Positions 34,291 to 45,940 of a stretch of 64,000 bases of DNA are shown here, piece after piece. Under the pieces are notes generated by a model, which had not been told where the DNA came from, did not search any database, and saw nothing but the letters and a program-made list of their open reading frames with translations. Numbering within the stretch: the first letter of the stretch is position 1; every line of letters begins with the position of its first letter. The DNA comes from Chrysemys picta bellii. Its lineage: Eukaryota. The stretch spans positions 88,474,001-88,538,000 of the forward strand of contig NC_088791.1 of the NCBI RefSeq assembly GCF_011386835.1, read 5' to 3'. The translations under genes were made by a program, and so were the position numbers.

Positions 34291-37234
34291 AACTGGGGAA
34301 GTGGGATACCAGGAGGAAACACAAGGAGAAGGATGCAGCAGGGGAGGCCTCCTGATTCCTACTGAGAAAGCAGGGCAATCCACTAGTTATCTGAGGTGCC
34401 TGTACATGAACGCAAGAAGCCTGGGAAAAAAGCAGGAAGAATTGGAAGTCCTGGCACAGTCAAGGAATTATGATGTGATTGGAATAACAGAGACTCGGTG
34501 GGGTAACTCACATGACTGGAGCACTGTCATGGATGGTTATAAACTGTTCAGGAAGGACAGGCAGGGGAGAAAACGTGTAGGAGTTGCACTGTATGTAAGA
34601 GAGCAGCATGATTGCTCAGAGCTCCAGTATGAAACTGCAGAAAAGCCTGTTGAGAGTCTTTGGGTTAAGTTTAGAGGTGAGAGCAACAAGGGTGATGTCG
34701 TGGTGGGTGTCTGCTATGAACCACCAGACCAGAAGGATGAGGTGGATGAGGCTTTCTTCAGACAACTAATAGAAGTTTCCAGATCACAGACCCTGGCTCT
34801 CATGGGGGACTTCAATCACCCTGACATCTGCTGGGAGAGCAATACAGAAGTTCACAGACAATCCAGGAAGTTTTTGGAGAGTGTTGGGGACAACTTCCTA
34901 GTGCAAGTGCTAGAGGAACCAACTAGGGGCCATGCTCCTCTTGACCTGCTGCTCACAAGCAGGGAAGAATTGGTAGGGGAAGTAAAAGTGGGTGGCAACC
35001 TGAGCAGCAGAAACCATGAGATGGTCAAGTTCAGATCCTGACAAAAGAAAGAAAGGAGAGCAGCAGAATACGGACCCTGGACTTCAGAAAAGCAGACTTT
35101 GACTCCCTCAGGGAACTGGTGGGCAGAATCCCCTGGGAGGTTAATATGAGGGGGAAAGGAGTCCAGGAGAGCTGGCTGTATTTTAAAGCAGCCTTATTGA
35201 GGGTACAGGAACAAACCATCTCAATGTGCAAAAAGAATAGCAAAATATGGCAGGTGACCAGCTTAACAGAGAAATCTTCAGTGAGCTTAAACACAAAAAG
35301 GAAGCTTACAAGAAGTGGAAACTTGGACAGATGACTAGGGAGGAGTATAAAAATATTGCTTGAGCATGCAGGGGTGTAATCATGAAGGCCAAAGCACAAT
35401 TGGAGTTGAAGCTAGCAGGGGATGTGAAGGGTAACAAGAAGGGTTTCTTCAGGTATGTTAGCAACAAGAAGAAGGTCAGAGAAAGTGTGGGCGCCTTACT
35501 GAATGGGGGAGGCAACCTAGTGACAGATGATGTGGAAAAAGCTGAAGAACTCAATGCTTTTTTGCCTCGGTCTTCACAGACAAGGTCAGCTCCCAGACTG
35601 CTGCACTGGGCAGCACAGTATGGGAAGGAGATGAGTAGCCCTCAGTGGTGAAAGACTTAAGGACTATTTAGAAAAGCTGCACATGCACAAGTCCATGGGG
35701 CCAGATACAATGCATCCAAGGGTACTGAGGGACTTGGCTGATATGATTGCAGAGCCATTGGCCATTATCTTTGAAAACTCATGGTGATTGGAGGAGGTCC
35801 TGGATGATTGTAAAAAGGCAAATATAGTGCCCATCTTTAAAAAAGGGAAGAAGGAGAATCTGGGGAACTACAGACTAGTCAGCCTCACCTCAGTCCCTGG
35901 AAAAATAATGGAGTAGGTCCTCAAGGAAACCATTTTGAAGCATTTGGAGGAGAGGAAGGTGATAGGAACAGTCAACATGGATTCACCAAGGGCAAGTCAT
36001 GCCTGACTAACCCAATTGCCTTCTATGATGAGATAACTGGCTCTGTGGATGAGGGGAAAGCAGTGGACGTGTTATTCCTTGACTTTAGCAAAGCTTTTGA
36101 TACGGTCTCCCACAGTATTCTTGCCAGCAAGTTAAAGAAATATGGGCTGGATGAATGGACTATAAGGTGGATAGAAAGCTGGCTAGATCGTCGGGCTCAA
36201 TGGGTAGTGATCAACGGCTCAATGTCTAGTTGACAGCCGGTATCAAGCGTTGTGCCCCAGGGGTTGGTCCTGGGGCCTGTTTTGTTCAACTTCTTCATTA
36301 ATGTTCTGGATGATGGGATGGATTGCACCCTCAGCAAGTTCACGGATGACACTAAACTGGGGGGAGAGATAGATACTCTGGAGGGTAAGGATAGGCTACA
36401 GAGTGACCTAGATAAATTGGAGGATTGGGCCAAAAGAAATCAGATGCGGTTGAACAAGGACAAGTGCAGAGTCCTGCACTTAGGACAGAAGAATCCCATG
36501 TACTGCTACAGGCTGGGGACCGATTGGCTAAGTGGCAGCTCTGCAGAAAAGGACCTGGGGATTACAGTGGACAAGAAGCTGGATATGATTCAACAGTGTG
36601 TCCTTCTTGCCAAGAAGGCTAACGGCATATAGGGCTGTATTAGTAGGCGTATTGCCAGCAGATTGAGGGAAGTGATTATTCCTCTTTATTCAACACTGAT
36701 GAGGCCACATCTGGAGTATTGCGTCCAGTTTTGGGCCCCCCCACTACAGAAAGGATGTGGACAAATTGGAGAGAGTCCAGCAGAAGGCAACCAAAATGAT
36801 TAGGGGGCTGGGGCACATGACTTATGAGGAGAGGCTGAGGGAACTGGGCTTATTGAATCTGCAGAAGAGAAGAGTGAGGGGGGATTTGACAGCAGCCTTC
36901 AACTCCCTGAAGGGGGGTTCCAAAGAGGATGGAGCTCGGCTGTTCTCAGTGGTGGCAGATGACAGAACAAGGAGCAATGGTCTCAAGTTGCAGTGGAAGA
37001 AGTCTCGGTTGGATATTAGGAAAAACTATTTCACTAGGAGGGTGGTGAAGCACTGGAATGGGTTACCTAGGGAGGTGGTGGAATCTCCATCCTTAGAGGT
37101 TTTTAAGGACTGGCTTGACAAAGCCCTGGCTGGAATGATTTAGTGGGGGTTGGTCCTGCTTTGAGCAGGGGGTTGGACTAGATGACCTCCTGAGGTCTTT
37201 TCCAACCCTAATCATCTATGATTCTATGATTCTA
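34291..37234 (+). mobile_element. CR1 LINE, 5'-truncated, full-length but disrupted ORF2 (APE endonuclease + RT), in ART4 intron 1
   Basis: ORF pieces with [50 protein letters not shown]; several stops and frameshifts. 3' tail (attctatg)n ending ~37234. Confidence 0.97.
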
Positions 37235-37927
37235 ATATTGATCAGCATGATAGACAGTGATCTCAGCACACCAGCAACCTAACCATTGCCAAGTGTTAGC
37301 TTGCATGATTAGTCCAACGGACTCCATTAGGATGAATGATATGAGTACAGACTATTCATGTGATTTAGGATTTGTCAGATCTGGAAGATATTTTGTTAAT
37401 AATTTGCTATGGGACTGTTTTTATCCCACATTATGTAAAAAACCTTGCAGATAGAACATCTACTTTGATTCAACAGGGCTAGAGCTGGCTGAAAATTTGA
37501 TTTTCCATGCTATGAAAAATCATGAAATTTTGATACTTTTTTTTTGTCCTGAATCAGGACAAAAAGGCAAAATTTCAACATTTTTCGCATCATGCAATTC
37601 CAAAACAAAGAAAAAAAATTATTTCAATTCAATCAAAGCATTTTGGTTCAATTTCAACCCTTTTTAACATTTAAAATTCAAAATAAAGTAAATTTTGAAA
37701 TGAAAAATCAAAACGTATCATTCTGAAAATGTCAAAATGTTCCATTTTGATATTTTCAATACTTTTCCCCCCAGTTTTTCCCCTCAACAAAATGTCATTG
37801 AAATCAATATGAGTTTCTGAAAAATGTCAGTTTTGGTGAAAGGGCATTTTCCAATAGACAACTGGACCAAAAAAAAAAAGTGTAGCTAGCTGTAAGCAGG
37901 GCACCAGGAAGAAATTCACTTCTCTAG

Positions 37928-38090
37928 CAGGGCCAGCTCTAGGCACCAGCGTCCCAAGCATGTGCTTGGGGCAGCACTTTTCAAGCGGTGGCACTCCGGC
38001 CCTTTTTGTTTTTGTTTTTTTGCTTCAGCGGCGGCACTCTGGATTTTTTTTTTTCCGCTTGGGGCGGCAAAAAACCTGGAGCCGGCCCTG
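37928..38090. mobile_element. hAT-type MITE (same family as 20841-21062)
   Basis: Ends cagggccagctctagg / cctggagccggccctg. Perfect TSD TTCTCTAG at 37920-37927 and 38091-38098. Confidence 0.85.
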
Positions 38091-38897
38091 TTCTCTAGTG
38101 CACTCCCACAGCATTGCACAATTAACATAGTGCATTATGGGTTCCTTCACTTGCCGCTGAAGCACTTGCCAGGCAGAGTTAGGCTACCAATGGTCCACCT
38201 GACCACCTCGGTCCACCTACCTACTTTCTCATTAAAAGGGAGTGGAGACACTGGAGATATACTACGTCCATTCATTAAGGGGGCTTCTTCCACTTGTCAG
38301 ACCTGAGATGAATTGCTGCACATGGGTCTTTGTGCATTTGAACTGGCAACATGCAGAAAGCCTCACAAGTAATGTCCTCACTGCACCCAATGCAGAGAAC
38401 ACAATGTCAAAGGCAACCTCAGAGCCATAGCTCTGAGCTGACTAGCCCCTCACTTCAAGTTTCTGAGTCTGTCTAGAACCTAGGTGGAGTGTTCTACCAC
38501 ATCCCAGACCCCAAATCTATAGGAGACCAAGTGAATGTTCCTTTCTCCAGCCTGTTAATGTGTCCTAACCTCATCTCCTCTGGCTATTGTATTCCCAGCC
38601 TACCTAATAACTCTCCTCAGGCTCCAATACTGAGCTTCATGAAGTGAAATAATGGTAGAATCCTGGTCAATATGAACTCACAGGGAAACTGGTACAAAAA
38701 TGTGCAAGGTTACATATGTGCTGTTGACAAGCTCAAAATGACTGCAATATTTGTCTGCCACACACTGTGCTGTGAGCTTCTAATGCTCCACCGTGCACTC
38801 TAGGATCTCTGTAGCAGGACAAAAACAGTAGAGACAATCTGATTTATTGACATACACATACACACAAACTAATAGGGTCCCATTCTTTATGTTGCAG

Positions 38898-39615
38898 GCT
38901 GTGTCCCACATTCTCATGGATATGGCACCAGATTCCTTTGATGACCAGTACCAGGGTTGCCGTGAGCAGGTAATGGAAGAACTGGACCGAGGAGACTATT
39001 TCCAAAAGGAATTGGGTAATAATAAGAACTATTCCAGCATCTGGGAGAAAGCAAAGCTGGTCTGGTCAAAAAAGCCAGTGGCTCTGCTAAGGGAGATGCA
39101 GGAGAATCACGCTGTAGCCCTCCTGGCTTACACCATGAACACCTCGCTGCACTCTGATTTGAACTGGGCTGTGTCCAGAGCTGGGACATCCCCAGAGCAC
39201 TACAGACACAGCTTCCCCTTCAAATACCTCCACTTCTACCTGACTACAGCCATTCAACTGGTGAGGAGATGGAAGAGTGGCACCACAAGAAAAAAGTGCT
39301 ACCAGGTGCACCGGGGGGTAAAAGGCCTATATTTTGAGGCTGAGTTGGGCACCAAAGTGCGGTTTGGCCGCTTCACCTCCACTTCACTCCTCCGGAAGGA
39401 AGCCCGGAGATTTGGGAATGAAACAATATTCACCCTGAAGACTTGCTTAGGGGCAGTTGTGCAACGCTTCTCCCACTACCTCTCCGAGAGGGAGGTCCTC
39501 ATCCCACCCTATGAGATATTTCAGGTCAGAAACTTCAGCCGAACACCAAGTGGTAACTGGCTGTATCTGCTCTCCGTGGGAAATTACAGCCAATACAACT
39601 GCCAGCTCCTGAAAG
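38898..39615 (+). CDS. ART4: ART4 exon 2, catalytic domain
   Basis: Acceptor ttgcag ending at 38897, 718 nt open. ART hallmarks MDMAPDSFDDQYQGC, AYT, FKYLHFYLTTAIQ, VHRG, FGRFTSTS, EREVLIPPYE, YNC. Phase-1 donor GTACT at 39616. Synteny with MGP/SMCO3 supports ART4. Confidence 0.95.
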
Positions 39616-40897
39616 GTACTGTATATAGGAACTCTCATAATGGAGACCCAGGGTGTCTTGACAGGCACCCCGAGAGCTCACCCTGCTGCACCGCATCTCA
39701 TGTTTCAGGCCTAATATCTTCCCTGGGGCAGAGGAAGCCAGGAGTGTCCTTTGACTGAGTGTGCACTGTCATGTGTTTTCTGGCTGCTATGAAAGGTGTT
39801 GGGGGAGGGCAGGGGAGAAAGTAGACATTTTGTTGTGTATAGGTTAAAGTTCTAACACAGACTGCTGGCAAAGGAACCTGGGTCTAGCCAGGTGCCATTC
39901 CTTCCATGCTTCCATTACTCCCACCTACATTCCCTTTGCAAAATCCCAGCATGATGCTGGAAATAGCTGCCAGAGCTGCAGAGCCACCTACAACAAGGGT
40001 CCCAAATGTTGCTAACAGTGGTGCAGATTAAACAGAGTTAGCAACAGTCAGAGGTTTTGGGGGGGTTGTAAGAATTACAGTCTGTACGACATTTAATTGA
40101 CAAACAGCCAGAAAACTTGCATGTGGATCAGAAGTCCTGGCTGGAGCAGGCTGTGGTTCCCTACCTTATTGGAGAGAAGGAATAAGTACGTTGCACATCA
40201 CGGACACGGGGCTCTTAGTTTTTGTCCCAGGACAATAATGGTCAATGCAACCTTTAAGCACAGAACGCCATTCAGAAAATGAAAGCAACTGCCTAGTACT
40301 AAGACAAAATAGTAGGTAGACTTGAAGCATGGACTGATTCTGTTCATGAAGTTGACAGCACAGTAGCAAGTTGCTGCTCCAGTGCAGATCTCAGTCAATA
40401 AGAAGGGACCTAAACATTCCTTGCTAAGTCCTTTCAGGACTGTGGTAGGACAGACACCAAAAAAGGCAGCAATCCACAGAGAGAGTGACCTTTTCATAGT
40501 TCAAGTTGCAATCAGCTTCCATTCTATATATTCTGGGCCCTGTATGTATGTTGCCTTCTGTAATTGGCATGTAAAACCAGTCATTGTTTAGCTGCAATGA
40601 TAAAGGCCTGTGTTTTTGGAGGTATGGGACCAGAATTTTAGTCCCAGCTCAGCAGGTACATGTAGTGTAGAATGGCAAGGCGAAGGTTTCTCAGTAGTTA
40701 AAGTTGCATTCACAGTGCCATTGTAAGTCTGATTTTGATTCCCATTGAAACGCCAACAAAACCAAAAATCTTTCACATTTTAGGGCTAAATCTTAATGTC
40801 AATTAGAAAATATTCTGGAAATGCGGATTAAGTGGGTTTTGAGATTTTTTTACTTTAATATGGCTCTGTAACAAGGTGGCAGATTTTTATTAACTGT

Positions 40898-41099
40898 GTT
40901 AGAAACCTGCATAAATCTGATGAGTAAAATCTACTTACTCATTGTGTCAGGTGAGGTTTAATTCCACCAGGATATAAAGGAGGTGGAAGAGATTCTCTGG
41001 ACAGAATTAGAGTCTTGGACAGAGAGGTCTCTGCAGGGAAACCTTAGAAACAGCCAAGTCTGAGCTGAGGTTTATGTTGTGCTATTATTCCAACTACCA
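40898..41099 (+). repeat. Old TATA-containing interspersed repeat (LTR-like), copy B, in ART4 intron 2
   Basis: Homologous to 24699-24916; TATAAA at 40973-40978. Confidence 0.6.
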
Positions 41100-41185
41100 A
41101 TACAGTCAAACCTGAGGAAGGAATAAGTTGTGCATTGAAGTTCTAGGCTGAATTTCTAAAGAACATCTCTTTGATTCTTTTGCAG

Positions 41186-41277
41186 CTTCAAGCAGCAAGA
41201 ACTGTATCCACAGTCCTCCAGTCACTGCCTTTCTTTCTTGTGTGATCAGTGCTTTCTTCTACTCCACCAGGCAATGA
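41186..41277 (+). CDS. ART4: ART4 exon 3, GPI-anchor signal (A-SSSKNCIHSPPVTAFLSCVISAFFYSTRQ*)
   Basis: Acceptor ending at 41185, 92 nt. Small-residue omega region plus hydrophobic tail, resembling human ART4 ASSKKCIPDP.... The three exons total 882 nt = 293 aa + stop. Confidence 0.9.
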
Positions 41278-41491
41278 CTCTTTCCCTGATCACAGAAGGA
41301 TTCATGTGCTGCGTAAAAAGGAATGAGTGACGGGTGCAAGGGATTTACAGCTAACCAGCCACAGAGGTGCTGAACACCTCCTGTGATTTTACCTCTAACT
41401 CCCCCTGACTTCAATGAGTTAAGGGTGCTCAGAATTTCAAAGGAGGTGTTTAATCCCTAGCAAAATCAGGCCCCTAGGTGTACATTCAAAA

Positions 41492-42027
41492 TAGGGATGT
41501 AAATAGGGTTTAAAAATAGTAATAGTTTAATCTATTAAAATTCTATTGGTTAAACTGTTAACCATTAAGCAGTTCATATAGGCAGGGAACTAGGGGTGGG
41601 GTTGAGAGTGCTGCAGCACCCCCACGTTTTATGCGGGGCTCCACTGCCGACTGCACCCGGGATCCTGGCTGCAGGCCTGGGCGCGGAGCTCTGCTGCCTC
41701 CCCGTGCCCAGGGTCCTGGCCCCAGGCCTGGGGTCCTGGCCGCCTCCCTGGGCCCAGCATCCTGGCTGCCGGCATGCCGGCCTCGGGACCAGCATGCCGT
41801 TGCCGCCTGCCCAGCACCTGGGGTCCCAGCTGCTGCCCCATGCCTGATACTCCGCTGCCTCCCCATGCCCAGGGTCCCAGCTGCTGGCTCCGTGCCTGGG
41901 ATCCCAGGACCCTGGGCACATTGCCGGGAGCCGGGAACCTAGGCATGGAGGGCAGAAGAGTTTAATCGTTAACTGAAACCAATAAGACTGTACTTATCGG
42001 TTAACCAGTTAAACTTTTACATCCCTA
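41492..42027. mobile_element. hAT-type non-autonomous element with GC-rich degenerate tandem repeats
   Basis: TIRs TAGGGATGTAAA / TTTACATCCCTA. TSD attcaaaa (41484-41491) / attcaaag (42028-42035). Confidence 0.85.
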
Positions 42028-42208
42028 ATTCAAAGTAGGAAGATAATGGGTCTGTGTGCTTACTGAAGAGCACGGCAGAGACTCCAGTCAATTTAGGTAC
42101 CTAGTCTGCAAGGCTTTGGATACAACCATACAGTAGGAACTCTTGAACCACTATTTGTATTAGCATTTTTTTTGCAGGTCTCAGTAGGTTCTCTTGAGTT
42201 AGTAGTAA

Positions 42209-42227
42209 TAGCACCCTCTGGTGGCCA
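42209..42227 (-). promoter_or_regulatory. Candidate CTCF binding site
   Basis: The minus strand reads TGGCCACCAGAGGGTGCTA, a close match to the CTCF consensus TGGCCACCAGGGGGCGCTA. Confidence 0.65.
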
Positions 42228-42897
42228 ATAAGAAAACACCAGCAAATTCTTACGAAGGTTAATTAGAAATTGTAGAGCCTATTGGGCTGTGTCCATTTTA
42301 AAGAGAGGTTGATGTTATTAAATACATATATATTTATATTGCTCTGTTTTTTAATTTGTAATATCAGTGATAGAATTCACACCCCATACTGAATTCTCCT
42401 TCCCAGTTTAACTATGTTCTTTCATAACTTTTAAAGGTTAATTTAACATTCCTGCAAGGCACCAAGGCAATAATTCTGAAATCTTCTAATCCCACAACAG
42501 CTGTAGCATGTTAATGCAAATTTTCCTCTCATACTGCCTCCCTCCAATATGCCTGGAGGGACCACATCTTGGAGATGAGATTGTTTTTTAGCTTCTGTCC
42601 CATTTTGTCCTTGGACTGAGCTCAGACTACCAACCAGATGATAAATTATGATAATTTAGTTTTGTAATGTAGACATCTGACCACCAAGTACTGAATTGAG
42701 ATTCACTAACACATTCTAGATAGGCTACAAATAGCCATCAGGTGGCAACAATTTTCAGCCAGTAACTATCAACCTAAGCTGGCATGGAACTGGTGATCAA
42801 AAGGCAAGAAGTTCCATATTCTATGCGCCATCCCCCCTGACCTATTCAGTATGCACAGAGCTAGTTGTCTATATTATAGACTTGAACTTAAAAGAGC

Positions 42898-43682
42898 TGT
42901 CATAACTATAAAGGGAAGGGTAACAGCCCTCCTGTGTACAATACTATAAAATCCCTCCTGGCCAGAGACTCCAAAATCCTTTTACCTGTAAAGAGTTAAG
43001 AAGCTCAGGTAACCTTGCTGACACCTGATCCAAAGGACCAATAAAGGGACAAGATACTTTCAAATCTTGGTGGGGGGAAGGCTTTTGTTTGTGCTCTTTG
43101 TTTTTGGGGGGAGTTCGCTCTTGGGACTGAGAGGGACCAGACATCAATCCAGGCTCTCCAAATCTTTCTGAACAAGTCTCTCATATTTCAAACTTTTAAG
43201 TAAACAGCCAGGCAAGGCGTGTTAGTTTTATCTTTGTTTTCTCAACTTGTAAATGTACCTTTTACTAGGGTGTTTACCTCTGTTTGCTATAACTTTGAAC
43301 CTAAGGCTAGAGGGGGGTCCTCTGGGCTCTTTAAGTTTGATTACCCTGTAAAGTTATTTTCCATCCTGATTTTACAGAGATGATTTTTACCTTTTTCTTT
43401 AATTAAAAGCCTTCTTTTTAAGAACCTGATTGATTTTCCTTGTTTTTAGATCCAAGGGGGTTGGATCTTGATCCACCAGGAGTTGGTGAGAGAAAGGAGC
43501 AGGGATGGTTAATTTCTCCTTGTTTTAAGATCCAAGGGGTTTGGATCTGTATTCACCAGGGAATTGGTGAAGAGTCTCTCAAGGCTACCAAGGGAAGGGA
43601 ATTAGCACATTGGGAGTGGTGGTAGTGAACCAGATCTAAGCTGGTAGTTAAGCTTAGAAGTTTTCATGCAGGCCCCCACATC
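42898..43682. mobile_element. Solo LTR-like element (3' end apparently truncated)
   Basis: Starts TGTCATAAC, contains TATAAA- and AATAAA-like signals and an internal ~50-bp duplication (tagatccaagggg..ttggatct...caccagg..ttggtga). No coding sequence; TSD not identified. Confidence 0.6.
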
Positions 43683-45169
43683 TAGTGCCCTTCTCCAGTC
43701 CACACCACTATGCTCATACCCAGTCTAGTAACTTTGCTCCTTTTCTAGCCCAACATGTTGGGTCTTTCAGCAGTTCAGCAAGTAAATCCTCCCCCAGCCT
43801 ACCTCACTCTATCTCCTGTTCAACTGAACCACTAATTATTTTTGTTCCTAGACTATGCATTCAAATCCCTCCTCCAGTCTACCCTGCAGTGTCCTTTCCT
43901 ATCACAGATCTTCCCCAGCACAGCAGCTGGGATTCTCCCCAAACTGTCTAGGTGATTCACTTCTGTTTCAGCTCACTTGCTATACCCTTCCTCCATTCTA
44001 ACAGCTGTGCATCACCTTTTCTCTTCCTTTAAATTTTCCTTGTGCATCTCAGGTGATGTGTTCTTCCAGGAACCTGCTCAATATGCCTTTCCTCCAGACC
44101 ATCAGCTGTACCCCTTCTTTAGCTCACCCTGTTGAATCTATCCCCAAATCACCTCACCAGGTTCCTCCTTCAGTTTGCTCAATGAACTAACTCCTCATCA
44201 GGTCTGCTTTACTAGACTCTTCCTAAACCTGGCCACCACGTTATTCCTCCAGCCCAGGCATTACACACTTCAAAGGCAGCAAAGTCTCTTTTAGGTTTTA
44301 TTTTGACTTTAGAAGAGAGTTACAGAAAACAAATTAGTTGCTGAGGTCATACGTAGGCATGAAATATGGAAGAGCTTCCACAACCCCCTTTCATCAATTA
44401 TGTTTCTCTGGTTTACTTGCCCCATCACAAAGGTTTAGTCCCCATAATACTTGCACTTATACAGCACCTTCCATGCAAGAATCTCAGAGTGGTAAACATT
44501 CATTCATGAATGTAGCCTCACAATGCTTCTTTATGATAGGGAGAAAATATGCCAATTTCACAAAGAACCTGAAGCAAAGAGAGATTAAGCGAATTGCCCA
44601 AAAGTTGCACACAAAGCCTCTGGCAGAGTACAAGATTATCTTTCACTCTACTACAGATTATCTAGTTACTTCTCATCTCAAATCACAGTGATTTACTATT
44701 CCCAGTTGGTCAATCAGATGAAAATCCAACCATGATGGTTAACCTCCCAATGACCAATACTATCATAGCTTATTTTGAATAAGCTAATTCCTGTTAGCTA
44801 GCCACTATAACCTGACCTGTCAAAATGAATTGTTGCTATCAGAATAATCTAAAAAGCTTGCCCAGAAAGTTTAAACACACTTATTAAAACAGATACTGTT
44901 TCAGCATTTTGATTCTTAGACTTTTTTCCTGTTTACATTAGTTTCCTGTTGATTTTTATTTATCAAGTTTTTAAATTAACAAAGCGAGAAGACTTCACCT
45001 TGCCGCCTTAGTGCAATGCTCAAATCTAGACACTAAAAGTGATTGCAGAAGTTATTGTGGAATCAGCAATTAGCCGCAACCTTCTCTTGTTCCTTTGTGC
45101 AACTTCCCTTGTTGTAAGAAAAGAAGGAACAGAAGCATATTTCTAACACACGAACAATTGCCGTATTGA

Positions 45170-45940
45170 TCATTGCAACTTGTCTGTTATCAGTGAGATA
45201 TAGACCTCAGCTAGTTTAACAATGCACTGGAAAGATTCACAAGATGGTCTCAGCACTCTGACAGCCTCCTCGAGATAGTCTGCAGCTATTTTCAGGGTGT
45301 TTGTAGAAGCCTGTCCCCAAAGGACAGCCTGCAAGAAATTGGAAATTGAGAAGGCAATTGATGGACTGCGAGGTCTAGCTTCTTGAATCCTACTCCCTGA
45401 AGGGCTGTTCTCAGTGACAGTTGGGAATATTTTGACAATTTCATTGTGGCCCATGAGAAGGTCAGCCACTTGGAGGGACAGGGCAGGGGAAGTCACTAGA
45501 TGATGAATAGCAGACTCTACAGACTCAGGGAGATTGCTGTGTTTCAGTAGCACAGCAGCGATTGGACCACTGATACTTCCTAGGATTCCCTTATAATTTT
45601 CATAAAGGTCCTTCACAACAGTAATCTTCTCTTGCAGAGAAGTGATGGGCCCAGCAATCTTAGCATATAAACGCTGGCTGATGCTCTGCTGCACATCTTT
45701 GTCTTTCATTTCCACAACAGCCTGCATCTCTTTCAGAGTACTGATCAGGAGCTGAAGGTTCTCCTTAATGCTGAGGTTTTCCTTCACGGTAATGATGGGG
45801 AAGCTGGTGCCAAGGTGCTGATTGAGGATTCGAAATATTGTATTGGTGGAAGAGACATATATGTATATGAAATCATACAGAGTCTGGCTGGCTGCGAGCA
45901 CCCTTTGTTTATCTCTCTCTGCACCAAAGACGGACAACAT
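45170..45940 (-). CDS. C12orf60: C12orf60-like protein (256 aa), single coding exon
   Basis: Open 771-nt ORF. N-terminus ERDKQRVLAAS resembles human EKDKERLIQAA; C-terminal AADYLEEAV resembles AADLLEQIV. Acceptor with pyrimidine tract on the minus strand (exon starts 45961); AATAAA on minus at 44955-44960. Orientation opposite ART4/SMCO3, as in human. Confidence 0.88.
   Translation of the reverse strand: MLSVFGAERDKQRVLAASQTLYDFIYIYVSSTNTIFRILNQHLGTSFPIITVKENLSIKENLQLLISTLKEMQAVVEMKDKDVQQSISQRLYAKIAGPITSLQEKITVVKDLYENYKGILGSISGPIAAVLLKHSNLPESVESAIHHLVTSPALSLQVADLLMGHNEIVKIFPTVTENSPSGSRIQEARPRSPSIAFSISNFLQAVLWGQASTNTLKIAADYLEEAVRVLRPSCESFQCIVKLAEVYISLITDKLQ

Noticed and set aside
39616-39758. 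ART4 exon 2 reading through to the stop at 39758 (as in the ORF track)
   Set aside because: A phase-1 donor at 39616 and a matching GPI-signal exon at 41186 explain the gene better. A secreted intron-retention isoform cannot be excluded but has no support here.
41558-41965. Overlapping ORFs and repeat units resembling a coding repeat or CRISPR-like array
   Set aside because: Degenerate GC-rich tandem repeats inside a hAT-type element. There are no unique spacers between identical repeats, and the context is eukaryotic.
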